A DNA stretch of 64,000 bases from positions 1-64,000 of IMG/VR virus record IMGVR_UViG_3300044266_000210; one strand, written 5' to 3'. The translations under genes were made by a program, and so were the position numbers. Position 1 is the first letter of the stretch. Every line of letters begins with the position of its first letter. Below are positions 39,670-48,738 of this stretch, piece after piece. This DNA comes from a virus. Its lineage: Duplodnaviria > Caudoviricetes. The notes under the pieces were generated by a model that was not told where the DNA came from, made no database searches, and saw nothing but the letters and a program-made list of their open reading frames with translations.

Positions 39670-39959
39670 TGTTTCCCTCGTAAATTCCAAAAGATAAACT
39701 CGTTCCGTTCAATCCAGTATTCATCTAGAACAGGATCACCGGGTCCAGAAATCCATCTTTCCCCGTGGTATGCTCTCCTACCCCACAGTCGTTTACCTGT
39801 TAGAAAACATTTTTTTGGAGCCCAACACATTTTAAGAGTCCATCCTGAAGCTCTGCGTAGTCCCCAATCTTCTGAGGGCGGACTTTGTTGCACTTCGTCA
39901 CTCATTCTGCTTAGGCTCATCTTTCTCTTTGACGCAAACCCCGTCATTAGGTTCCCCAT
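39666..39959 (-). CDS. Hypothetical protein
   Basis: 97-aa Trp-rich ORF in operon; start uncertain. Confidence 0.55.
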   Translation of the reverse strand: MGNLMTGFASKRKMSLSRMSDEVQQSPPSEDWGLRRASGWTLKMCWAPKKCFLTGKRLWGRRAYHGERWISGPGDPVLDEYWIERNEFIFWNLRGKQ

Positions 39960-40801
39960 TCGTTTTTAAACAGTGGCACCTGAAGTCGATCACTGTACCG
40001 CCATCCTTTTCGCATTGCCATTTCTGCCACTGCACGATTATTAAGGGTGTACACCCGCTCAACACCACCAACAGGCATAATATAAACAGGACCCGTAAAG
40101 CCTGCCGCCCTATATTCCTCAACAGCTCGTTCAGCATCTGCAAGATCCTCCTCTGTGCTAATAACAAACTTCAAATAAACATAAGCACCGATATCTTGAT
40201 ATGCTTTAACTACTGCTGGTTTGATAGCATCCTTCCACGGCTCGCCACTACAAGGAAGTTTGGCACTAACGCTGAATGTAATTTCTCTGCTATAATTTTT
40301 CTCGTGATCCCATTGCCAGTCTTTTAGGAATTGAGCGAAGTCTGCAGTCAGTCGCATGGTGCCATTTGTCTCAAATGTAAGTTCACGCAGACTACGCATC
40401 TTAGGATGATTGAGCAGGTCTGGATATTGCTTCTGCCATCCTAGTAATGGTTCGCCTCCTGTGATTACGAGATGTTCGTACCGCCATTCTTTGTAAGGTA
40501 ACGTATCCACAATAGCATCGGCAATCGCATCAGTAGAAAGAAGGGGAGATAGATGCTTAAAGCGAGGATCCCAACTAGCGTAACTATCACAACCTGTACT
40601 AACCAAAGGAAGCGATTTGTACTCGGTGTACTGAGCCGGGTCAATATTGTTTGCTTCATTGCTAAGTTCTCCTCGTGGCATGCCAAACCCTTGGCACTTA
40701 AAGTTACACCCGAAGGTGCGTAAAAAGACAGAAGGAACACCCATATAGCGTCCTTCGCCTTGTACTGAATAAAAAAGTTCTGCGATTTTAATCTTGCTCA
40801 T
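39947..40801 (-). CDS. queE: 7-carboxy-7-deazaguanine synthase (radical SAM)
   Basis: ELFYSVQGEG...PSVFLRTFGCNFKC...CDS, ITGGEPL, ETNGT, KFVI, RLQ. Confidence 0.88.
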   Translation of the reverse strand: MSKIKIAELFYSVQGEGRYMGVPSVFLRTFGCNFKCQGFGMPRGELSNEANNIDPAQYTEYKSLPLVSTGCDSYASWDPRFKHLSPLLSTDAIADAIVDTLPYKEWRYEHLVITGGEPLLGWQKQYPDLLNHPKMRSLRELTFETNGTMRLTADFAQFLKDWQWDHEKNYSREITFSVSAKLPCSGEPWKDAIKPAVVKAYQDIGAYVYLKFVISTEEDLADAERAVEEYRAAGFTGPVYIMPVGGVERVYTLNNRAVAEMAMRKGWRYSDRLQVPLFKNEWGT

Positions 40802-41075
40802 ATATTTTTGACCATTGCTGTAATTTTAATTTTTTGTTTTCTGTTGCAACTTCTATTCCGTCTCTGTCGATAATACCTTGTTCAACTAGAATATCAACCA
40901 TAGCTAACACATCACCTATTTCAATTTCGAGCATTGTGCTATGTTTTACACCTGATTTGTAGTGAATACTATTTAGACCAAATCTTCGGCACTTGCTAAT
41001 TTCTACAATAACTTCGCCGCACTCTTCTTGGAGTATATCAAGGGCTTCTTGAAAACGAGATGGGTTAGGGTTCAT
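40788..41075 (-). CDS. MazG-like nucleotide pyrophosphohydrolase
   Basis: LQEECGE...EIGD acidic motifs in a small helical protein. Confidence 0.75.
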   Translation of the reverse strand: MNPNPSRFQEALDILQEECGEVIVEISKCRRFGLNSIHYKSGVKHSTMLEIEIGDVLAMVDILVEQGIIDRDGIEVATENKKLKLQQWSKIYEQD

Positions 41076-41098
41076 AGATGCTTTCGTACGATAAGTAC

Positions 41099-41127
41099 AT
41101 TATACATATTTTATTTAGACTTGTCAA
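41099..41127 (-). promoter_or_regulatory. Consensus sigma70 promoter
   Basis: TTGACA-17 nt-TATAAT, exact, upstream of MazG-like gene and queE. Confidence 0.85.
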
Positions 41128-41134
41128 GGACATT

Positions 41135-42172
41135 ATGGAAAAAACAATTATATCTTGGACTTTAAACGATTATTGTAAAGCACAATGTGAATATTGTCCT
41201 ACCCATTCTAAAGGGGGCGGACAACCACCAGAGATAAGTGAATATATCCGAATTGCAAATCTTCTTATAGATTCTTATAAAGTAAAGCAAGGAAGAAATA
41301 TAGAATGGATATTTAATGGTGGAGAACCATTTGATATGGATTATATGCCTTCGTTTCTTAAATTATGTAAGGAGCACGGGGATAGTGTAACGCTACATAC
41401 TAGCGGCGGAAGATTATGGATCGATTGGTGGGCAGTTGAGCCTCATGTAGATAATCTTGTATTAACATTTCACCATTGGCAAAATCCGGCTCTTATAAAA
41501 TACATTGTAGATACCTTTAAAAGCAAAGGCAAAGGATTTAGTTTAAGTGCCCCTATTAGACACACAAATGTTCAAGAAGATATTGATCGCGTACTAGAAC
41601 TTGAGGATCAACTTGGAATGTTAATTACAAAAACTCAATTATATTTCAACGCAGATCCTAGTGCAGGAATGTTAAAATACAGTTGGGAAGATCTACAGAA
41701 AATAGATTTTTTTAATTTAACCAAAGAAGGCAGAGTTCGAGCACTTGAAGAAAAAGCAAGAAGGATAGAAGAACAAAAAAAGCGAGAGGAAGAAAGATTA
41801 CGCCGTCTTGCTGAGCAACCACCACAGCCTGTGCCGGCACCACCTCCGCCACCTCCGCCACCTCCACCGGTAGAAAAAAGTCCTTTAGTTGAGGAAGTTA
41901 TATACTTCCAAGAAACTACCTGGGATCAGAGATACGAGGATTCTTACAATCAACATCCTAGCTATGCAGGACAGATGTGTAATGCCGGTGTAGAGAAATT
42001 AGTTATCGGGGCGCAAGGATGGGTAGCAGGTAGTAATTGCAATAATATTCCCTTAGGCAATATTTGGCATCCTGGATGGATGCCGCCCCAGGGTCCTCAA
42101 AAATGTGGAATGAAAGCCTGTGTAGATGCAAGCGATCAACTGATTACAAAGTTCCCTCTGAACGACCTTTAA
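41135..42172 (+). CDS. Radical SAM protein with twitch/SPASM-like C-terminus and poly-Pro insertion
   Basis: CKAQCEYC, GGEP, C-terminal CNAG...C...LGNI...C...C; start revised to ATG 41135 after AAGGA. Confidence 0.8.
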   Translation: MEKTIISWTLNDYCKAQCEYCPTHSKGGGQPPEISEYIRIANLLIDSYKVKQGRNIEWIFNGGEPFDMDYMPSFLKLCKEHGDSVTLHTSGGRLWIDWWAVEPHVDNLVLTFHHWQNPALIKYIVDTFKSKGKGFSLSAPIRHTNVQEDIDRVLELEDQLGMLITKTQLYFNADPSAGMLKYSWEDLQKIDFFNLTKEGRVRALEEKARRIEEQKKREEERLRRLAEQPPQPVPAPPPPPPPPPPVEKSPLVEEVIYFQETTWDQRYEDSYNQHPSYAGQMCNAGVEKLVIGAQGWVAGSNCNNIPLGNIWHPGWMPPQGPQKCGMKACVDASDQLITKFPLNDL

Positions 42173-42608
42173 GGTATTTGTCGTTGTGCATCCATGCACC
42201 TTTGTACCAGAATCCCCATTCTCGCTTTTGAGGTCCGGGCATGAATAGCGTCCAGCAGTCTACACCTTCGCATAGTTCAATACGATGATAACTAGTGGCA
42301 CTACAAACACGGAAGTGACCAGGACCGCGCCACATTCTTTCTTCACCGATCTTTTCTCCATTGGAGTTAAACTTTCCTACCCATTCGTAGTAGCCGCCCT
42401 TTAGGATAATCGTAGCATAACCCCATGGGTGATCATGCACATCATCGGGATCTGACTTAAGGAAACGGTGAAGAAACACATTGAAGGGGAAATGCTTTCT
42501 ATCTTTAAGAAAAAGGTAATAGCGTTCGAGATAAGGTTCATCGTTAATCCTGTCCATTACAATTCGTTTACGACCAAGTTTTTCTAACAAGTTAAGCAAT
42601 AGCTTCAT
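42144..42608 (-). CDS. Cupin-like hypothetical protein
   Basis: HDHPW...GGYYE...HRIEL metal-binding cupin pattern. Confidence 0.55.
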   Translation of the reverse strand: MKLLLNLLEKLGRKRIVMDRINDEPYLERYYLFLKDRKHFPFNVFLHRFLKSDPDDVHDHPWGYATIILKGGYYEWVGKFNSNGEKIGEERMWRGPGHFRVCSATSYHRIELCEGVDCWTLFMPGPQKREWGFWYKGAWMHNDKYLKGRSEGTL

Positions 42609-43584
42609 TTTGGCTCATCCAATTATATGTGGTTTCTACAATGTTTAACAAGGTACTATTCAACGGAGCCCAGTTTGTGTCTTGAATGAAAGCGGAAGGA
42701 TCTGCAATAAGTTCTGCAGGATCTCCATCGCGAACCGGGCCAAAATTATAACGAAGCGATTTTTGAGTAACTTTCTTAACAGCTTCGGTAATTTCTAAGT
42801 TAGAATAACCATGTCCTGTGCCTAGATTATATGCTCTGAATTCTCCTTTGTCAAGAGAGTCACAAAGAGTTACAGCCTTAACATGTGCATCAGCAATATC
42901 ACTGACATGTAGATAATCTCTTATACAGGTACCGTCTTTTGTAGGAAAATCTGATCCGAAAATTGTAAATGGAGTATCCTCGAGTATTGCTTGAACTACT
43001 CGGGGAATTAAGTGACTATCATTCCATACATTACCTAATTCGCCGTCTTTATCACAACCACAGGCATTAAAATATCGTAAAGCAATGCTACGATGACCAA
43101 ATGCACGACTGTGATCTGAAATAACATACTCACACATTTTTTTACTATGACCGTATGGACTAACAGGAATTCCTTCGGCAGATTCTAAAATAGGAACTGT
43201 ACAGTTATTACCATATGTTGCCGCACTACTACTGAATATAATTTTACCTTGCCAGCCCAACGATTGTAGATCGTTTAAGAATGTATTAGTCTTGGCAACA
43301 TTGTTATTATAGTATTCTCCAGGATCTTTAATGCTAGGTCCAACTAGACTTGTTCCTGCAATGTGTATAACAGCATCGGCTTCTTCGCGGTGTACAATCT
43401 CAGCACCAAGATTTACAAAGTCGTCAATAAACAATTGATCAACAAAGGAAGCTCCTTGGGGGATTGTATAGTTTCTATCTATACCTACGACCCGATATCC
43501 TGCTTTCTTAAAAGCCTTAGCGGTGTGCCCGCCAATAAAGCCAAGCACACCGGTTATAACAACAGTTTTAGTATTTTGATTCAC
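42592..43584 (-). CDS. galE: UDP-glucose 4-epimerase-like extended SDR
   Basis: ITGVLGFIG, FSSSAATYG, YGHSK, LRYFNA, DGTCIRDYLHV; GTG start at 43584 inferred. Confidence 0.85.
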   Translation of the reverse strand: MNQNTKTVVITGVLGFIGGHTAKAFKKAGYRVVGIDRNYTIPQGASFVDQLFIDDFVNLGAEIVHREEADAVIHIAGTSLVGPSIKDPGEYYNNNVAKTNTFLNDLQSLGWQGKIIFSSSAATYGNNCTVPILESAEGIPVSPYGHSKKMCEYVISDHSRAFGHRSIALRYFNACGCDKDGELGNVWNDSHLIPRVVQAILEDTPFTIFGSDFPTKDGTCIRDYLHVSDIADAHVKAVTLCDSLDKGEFRAYNLGTGHGYSNLEITEAVKKVTQKSLRYNFGPVRDGDPAELIADPSAFIQDTNWAPLNSTLLNIVETTYNWMSQNEAIA

Positions 43585-44743
43585 GAGTATGACTACGGTA
43601 ATCTGTGGACATACGCAACCATTTCTCACCCCGCCCGTCCATAATATCGCAGATGCGATCAATGGTACCATTGTTCCAGTTGCTAATATCTCCTGTATTG
43701 TGTTCCCACTTAAGAAGGTCTTTTAACTTATTCATAGCATCGTATATACTCCATGGAATATAAAGTCTGCTATGATCGTTAGCAAAAGTTTCTGGGAAAC
43801 TACGATAGGCAGGATAAAGTACATTACAACCAAGAGTGTCTGCTTCGGAAACAGTATTACTAACCCAATCTTGTAATGCACAATTAAACAAAACACGAGT
43901 ATCGTTAAGGAGGTTATAATAATCGTTTTTGCTTAGATCTTCAAAAACAGTTAACAGGCCCCGATTCTGTAGATCTCGTGTGCGTTGCATATAGCTATCA
44001 TTATTTGATCTCAGCTTGGCACCGCTGAATATACAAAACTCTACAGGAATGCTATTTCCGTATTGCTTGTTCCATTCTTCGATTAGATCCATGTAGAAGT
44101 CGGGCTGTTTCTCTTGATCCCAACGAGCTGCAAAACCTACACGCATTTTGCGTTGATTAAAAGGAATTAGATCTCCAACACGACTACGAACTTCATCTTT
44201 ACCAAATGCTAATCCTGAAATATTGTAGATTGGCGCCTTCCAGCCTGCAATCTTCATATGCATTACCATTTCTTCGTTAGTTGCAAGTACTCCGTCTACA
44301 AATGAATCAACCATTTTTTCGTAATGTCCCATGAAATCTTGCATACCCCATACATGAACAAAGTCATCAGGATCAATGGACTGAGCAAGACAACGAACAT
44401 AAATCCTAGGCCTGAGACTAGCATCGATCTGCTTAAGAATATATGGGAGGCTTTCGATTCCAGGCTGAAACATATCCTCAAAGTAAATAACATCTTCATT
44501 GTTAAGTTCACCAGCCTTCATCATACGCACAAGATTCATAAGTTGGCTCATACCAAAATATGTGCGTCCGTGTGCATCTAATACTTGCCCTGTTACAATT
44601 GCTTGATCGTTACTAAGTGTATCGCCGGGCACTAACACATAGTCAATGCCTCGGCGCTTAAACACAGCTTCGTTCCAGTCTTGTAACTGTAGAGTATAAC
44701 GGGCCTTGTAGGGCTCAAGACCCATGTAATACAGTTTTCTCAT
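43568..44743 (-). CDS. Glycosyltransferase (GT-B fold)
   Basis: GFAARWDQEKQP, then NCALQDWVSNTVSEA..LGC..LYP, a GT4-like nucleotide-sugar binding region. Confidence 0.75.
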   Translation of the reverse strand: MRKLYYMGLEPYKARYTLQLQDWNEAVFKRRGIDYVLVPGDTLSNDQAIVTGQVLDAHGRTYFGMSQLMNLVRMMKAGELNNEDVIYFEDMFQPGIESLPYILKQIDASLRPRIYVRCLAQSIDPDDFVHVWGMQDFMGHYEKMVDSFVDGVLATNEEMVMHMKIAGWKAPIYNISGLAFGKDEVRSRVGDLIPFNQRKMRVGFAARWDQEKQPDFYMDLIEEWNKQYGNSIPVEFCIFSGAKLRSNNDSYMQRTRDLQNRGLLTVFEDLSKNDYYNLLNDTRVLFNCALQDWVSNTVSEADTLGCNVLYPAYRSFPETFANDHSRLYIPWSIYDAMNKLKDLLKWEHNTGDISNWNNGTIDRICDIMDGRGEKWLRMSTDYRSHTRESKY

Positions 44744-44952
44744 GTGCGTTGTTTATAATCTTTTTTAAACTTTCTGTCATTATAATAAGGACGAGAAAAG
44801 TCTCGATATTCTTTACTCTTGTAAAGATCCGCAGGGTTAAAAGGTAGCAGATTAAATCTGCAATGATCCAACCATTTATCAAGATCGTCAAAGATCTTTG
44901 TAACTTCGGGTTTCATAACAAGAGTTTTCTGAATGTATGCAGGAACTGACAT
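44740..44952 (-). CDS. Hypothetical protein
   Basis: 70-aa ORF coupled to the glycosyltransferase gene. Confidence 0.65.
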   Translation of the reverse strand: MSVPAYIQKTLVMKPEVTKIFDDLDKWLDHCRFNLLPFNPADLYKSKEYRDFSRPYYNDRKFKKDYKQRT

Positions 44953-44957
44953 TTTAT

Positions 44958-45365
44958 TTAGATGTGATTAAAAATTGATGATGGAAATTTAATGAAGCAA
45001 CCATTTTCGTTGTCTTCACTTACCTCAATCCAAACCTCGCGGCCTGGATATCTTGCGACGATTGTCTTGAATAAATCACGAGCAATCATTTCGCAGGATT
45101 TGTAGTCAAGGCTTAGAGTGGCACCTTGACCATTATACAACGACTCGAGCCATCGTTTGAATTGGATGAATTCGATGTCCCGGTCATCGTGGAACACATT
45201 GATCCACACCCTGAAATGAAAGATGTGGCGATGAGGATAGCCCAAAAACGATACATCATATTCATCACCTGTAGCTAGATTAGGATCTTCCAAAGCAGCC
45301 GGATATTTGTGAATACCTTCTTTTTGGAATTTAACCCAAATCATAGAAGTTTCTTTTTCACTCAT
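44958..45365 (-). CDS. QueD-like T-fold protein (DpdL-like putative CDG decarboxylase)
   Basis: EGIH, LGYPHRHIF (LxxxHRHxF), DIEF, SCE, VSED.ENG. Confidence 0.7.
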   Translation of the reverse strand: MSEKETSMIWVKFQKEGIHKYPAALEDPNLATGDEYDVSFLGYPHRHIFHFRVWINVFHDDRDIEFIQFKRWLESLYNGQGATLSLDYKSCEMIARDLFKTIVARYPGREVWIEVSEDNENGCFIKFPSSIFNHI

Positions 45366-45540
45366 TGGTATCTTTCTTTGCTTTTGTAGTTGGCTTTTTT
45401 ACATCAGACTTCTGTGGGATATTGTCTTTCATCATGTTATACATCTCCCAGAGTTTCCAATCGATGCTTTCAAGCAACTTAAACAGTTTTTCTTGTGGGT
45501 CCTCTTTAGGACTTCCTTTTGTAATTTTTGAAGTAATCAT
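45358..45540 (-). CDS. Hypothetical protein
   Basis: 60-aa ORF with overlapping start and stop. Confidence 0.6.
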   Translation of the reverse strand: MITSKITKGSPKEDPQEKLFKLLESIDWKLWEMYNMMKDNIPQKSDVKKPTTKAKKDTNE

Positions 45541-46079
45541 TTTAATACCTTATCGTTTTTATATTTAGACCAGTCTGTAAATTTGCTACGATCCATTAGG
45601 GATTGTAGACTGTGTGTCCACACACCGGGGTTTGTTGCGTTAAAATCTTTGTCATCGATTTTAACCATAGTGTTATAATTCCACAATTTTATATAGGGAA
45701 TTCGTACACTAATTTGGGGAATAAAGTTATTGTAATCGCAGAGTCCACCTTCGTGGAATTCTTCAACGGCACTGGTCGGAATGTCAAGGCTACAAAGATA
45801 TCCGCGATCAAGAAAATATGTAATCATTGATTCCCAACGTTGCCATTCTAGATTATCTTTAGGATTAAAACTTTGATTGGCACCAAAGAAAATATGTCTA
45901 ATATGCTTGGTGGTATCTGTATAAGAATTTTGATCTGTAAGAAAACTTTCAATAACTTCTATTGATTGAATATCTGTTACGAACAGTGTTTCTAGGCCAA
46001 ATGCAGGAGTATGCTCAACTTCGGTTCCAATAAAGAACATAACATCTTCACTTGAACCAGACTCGTAATCACGCTTCAT
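45537..46079 (-). CDS. Hypothetical protein within the modification cluster
   Basis: 180-aa ORF (GTEVEHTP, HIFFGANQSF, KIDDKDF.ATNPGVW). Confidence 0.75.
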   Translation of the reverse strand: MKRDYESGSSEDVMFFIGTEVEHTPAFGLETLFVTDIQSIEVIESFLTDQNSYTDTTKHIRHIFFGANQSFNPKDNLEWQRWESMITYFLDRGYLCSLDIPTSAVEEFHEGGLCDYNNFIPQISVRIPYIKLWNYNTMVKIDDKDFNATNPGVWTHSLQSLMDRSKFTDWSKYKNDKVLK

Positions 46080-46320
46080 TTTTCTTTTTGCGCTTAGTTG
46101 TTTTAACAGTATTAACTTTAACAGAGTTTTCGTACTCTGTCAACGCATTTTGGACATCTCTGGTTAATGCCTCATCATCCCAAATTAATTCGGTTTTACC
46201 ATCTGCGTAGGTCTTAACAGTTAAATGACTACCCTGATTAATCTTAGGCCATCCATCACTAGGAACATTTACCATTTCTGCTATATCTGCAGATTCGATT
46301 ACTTTTTTCTTGCGTGGCAT
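46069..46320 (-). CDS. Hypothetical protein
   Basis: Probable ATG at 46320 immediately after the upstream stop. Confidence 0.6.
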   Translation of the reverse strand: MPRKKKVIESADIAEMVNVPSDGWPKINQGSHLTVKTYADGKTELIWDDEALTRDVQNALTEYENSVKVNTVKTTKRKKKNEA

Positions 46321-46321
46321 T

Positions 46322-46828
46322 TTATTCATCCTTAAAATCTGTAACATTGCCCTCGGCATCGGCAATAATAATGCGGGATACCGAACCGTCTTCGTTGGTA
46401 ACTTCTAACGGTCCCCATACCCAGCATTGAGTTTCGTCAAGGAACCAATCACCGTCCCCATCTTCTTCTAGTGCGTAAGACCCTTCTTCGTTAATTAATT
46501 CCTCTAGGCGTTCTGCTTCATCGGAATCTTCGATACCTTCAATATCGATATCTCCCCAGCAGCCGCCATCGAACATTTCAACCATTTCTGAATTTTCAAT
46601 ATTACTACCGCTTACTGAGAATAGATCTAAACTATCTTTAGCACCATTGCCGCCAGGTACTTCAGTAAATTCAAAGTCTGGAAATTCATCATCACTAGTT
46701 TCAATCGTGAATTCTGCGAATCTAAATCCGTCTATAACTTTAATATGTCCGTTACCGCCTCTCTGGAGGAAGTGTTCATGTTGCTCAACATTTTTTTTAT
46801 GATAAGTTTTAACTGTCCAAATTGCCAT
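46322..46828 (-). CDS. Highly acidic hypothetical protein
   Basis: 168 aa with about 44 D/E by hand count; GGAG SD. Confidence 0.7.
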   Translation of the reverse strand: MAIWTVKTYHKKNVEQHEHFLQRGGNGHIKVIDGFRFAEFTIETSDDEFPDFEFTEVPGGNGAKDSLDLFSVSGSNIENSEMVEMFDGGCWGDIDIEGIEDSDEAERLEELINEEGSYALEEDGDGDWFLDETQCWVWGPLEVTNEDGSVSRIIIADAEGNVTDFKDE

Positions 46829-46829
46829 T

Positions 46830-48383
46830 TTATTCTCCTGTTACACTTTCTTCAAGTGCTCTTAGATCGTCATCGTCGGGGTTTTCTGTATCAATTTCGT
46901 CTGAATTGGTAACTTCTTCTACTTCAAACAAACTGTGAAACTTATTTCTTGCGGGACCGCCTTGTAAGCGAGCACCGTCGAGACTTTGTAAAAAGCCGGC
47001 AGCACTATCTATTAGTGAAAATGCTTCTGCTTTATTTTTTGTTTCAAACAATTCTTTTACAAATGTTTCGAAGTAAAGTATATTACGAGGAACGAATGGA
47101 CTAGGCTCGTCCTGATTAATGTTTTTACTGTTTAACTTAGTCCATTGACGCCATGTTTTGTTAAATTTTGCATGTTCAACATCGGATAAGTGATTAGCCT
47201 TTTGTACAGCATCAATGTGTTGATAAACATTATGGCCCATCATTAATGCATAGGCAAAGCTATCCCAAGATGTCTTACCTTCTTTTCCTACTTTGTTTAG
47301 CATACCCGGAGCATACCAACAAATATCGCCCATTGTTAATCTGCGGCCAATTTCGCTTTCAAAAGGGAAGGGGATTGTGCTTCCTGAAAGTGCTTTGTTA
47401 TCTGGGGCTTTGTCCATAACAGTACTCCACTTTTTGGGCGTGTGTACTGGGTCTGTGTAGCAGAGTCCGTGTGCTGTTGCGACGAACGGTGAGGCGCAGT
47501 CAAAAGAGATGGTAATTTCTTCATTAATGTGTTTCCTAAGTTGTCGTTGAATTGAAGTTAGATAGCAAGACCAGTCTAACTGAGCTGTACCCAAAAAGTG
47601 GATCCAGTTTTTGCCTTTTAGCAAACCATCCTCTCTCATGGTCATTAGACGCTTGAGAGTAATATCCATTTTACACATGTTAACACCACCAAAGGCCCAA
47701 CCTTCTGCGGCTTTGTCACCCCATACATTGTTATCACTAAATTCTTTTACACCCTGATACCATTCTTCGGCAGTATCCCAGTCGCTTCCTTGCAATACAT
47801 TTAGGAATTTTGTATGACCTAGTCTACGACTTAACCAATATTCGTTATTGAATTTAGTCTTATCTAAACAATCTTGAAAACTAGTAAGTCCTGTGCGTTC
47901 TCTGTTTTCGGGCAAACATGCCCAGCTAGGAACATCTAGTAACATTGACCAGTCTGCTGTAAATTCTAACCAGGCAAGAATATCATCACGAATCTTATTT
48001 GCCGCAGGACCGTCAAAGTTTTTCCAATCAAATTGAATAACGCCCTTACCTATCTGATAGCCTCCTGAGTCTCCTAAGATCATTGTGTTGTTTTTATCGC
48101 GTCCGTGAATCATACTATCTTGTGTGATAGCTTTGTTTAGATCTAGTTGTGCATGGCCTGCGGAATATAAGGCATACTTATAATAAAAGTATCCTTGTTC
48201 AGGATTAAGAAAGTTCATACCTTCAATACCACGATCAAACCCCTTAGGAATACGATCGTTAGGTACAAATTCTCCTAATCGCTGTTTAGCAACATAGGTA
48301 CTATAAAAAGAACTAATTGCTGGCAAGTAGACAGCATAGTCTCTTTGTAATGGTGTTAGGTCAACTGGTGGTCTGTTCTTCAT
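46830..48383 (-). CDS. tRNA-guanine transglycosylase-like (DpdA-like) protein
   Basis: ILGDSGGYQ, MLLDVP, NVLQG, AFGG, IHFLG, ISFD: the TGT barrel motifs; clustered with queE. Confidence 0.8.
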   Translation of the reverse strand: MKNRPPVDLTPLQRDYAVYLPAISSFYSTYVAKQRLGEFVPNDRIPKGFDRGIEGMNFLNPEQGYFYYKYALYSAGHAQLDLNKAITQDSMIHGRDKNNTMILGDSGGYQIGKGVIQFDWKNFDGPAANKIRDDILAWLEFTADWSMLLDVPSWACLPENRERTGLTSFQDCLDKTKFNNEYWLSRRLGHTKFLNVLQGSDWDTAEEWYQGVKEFSDNNVWGDKAAEGWAFGGVNMCKMDITLKRLMTMREDGLLKGKNWIHFLGTAQLDWSCYLTSIQRQLRKHINEEITISFDCASPFVATAHGLCYTDPVHTPKKWSTVMDKAPDNKALSGSTIPFPFESEIGRRLTMGDICWYAPGMLNKVGKEGKTSWDSFAYALMMGHNVYQHIDAVQKANHLSDVEHAKFNKTWRQWTKLNSKNINQDEPSPFVPRNILYFETFVKELFETKNKAEAFSLIDSAAGFLQSLDGARLQGGPARNKFHSLFEVEEVTNSDEIDTENPDDDDLRALEESVTGE

Positions 48384-48738
48384 CTTTACTCAATATTACT
48401 GTTACTTCTAGTTGTTCTTCTGCTCTTTTAACTGCTTCAACTGCGGCAGCAATAGCAGGATGCTTCTTTGCTAGTGCCTCACGCTCCCATTGTTTGTTAC
48501 GCTGATCTCTTGCCCAATCTAGTAATGCCTCTGCTTCACCTGTTAAACTTATAGTTGAGTAGGTGCTGGGCATTGTTAACCAGGTGTTACCATCATAGAC
48601 TTCTACATTTTGGCTACTAGGATTATACCTCATATTACCGACCATAGACTGACCGCTGAAGCTGTTCATGTACAATGAACTAGTTCCACCACCACTAACC
48701 TGCAGGTACTTGCCAGCGTTTGAAATGCCTTTAATCAT
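48361..48738 (-). CDS. Hypothetical protein
   Basis: 125-aa ORF with ATGA overlap. Confidence 0.65.
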   Translation of the reverse strand: MIKGISNAGKYLQVSGGGTSSLYMNSFSGQSMVGNMRYNPSSQNVEVYDGNTWLTMPSTYSTISLTGEAEALLDWARDQRNKQWEREALAKKHPAIAAAVEAVKRAEEQLEVTVILSKDEEQTTS

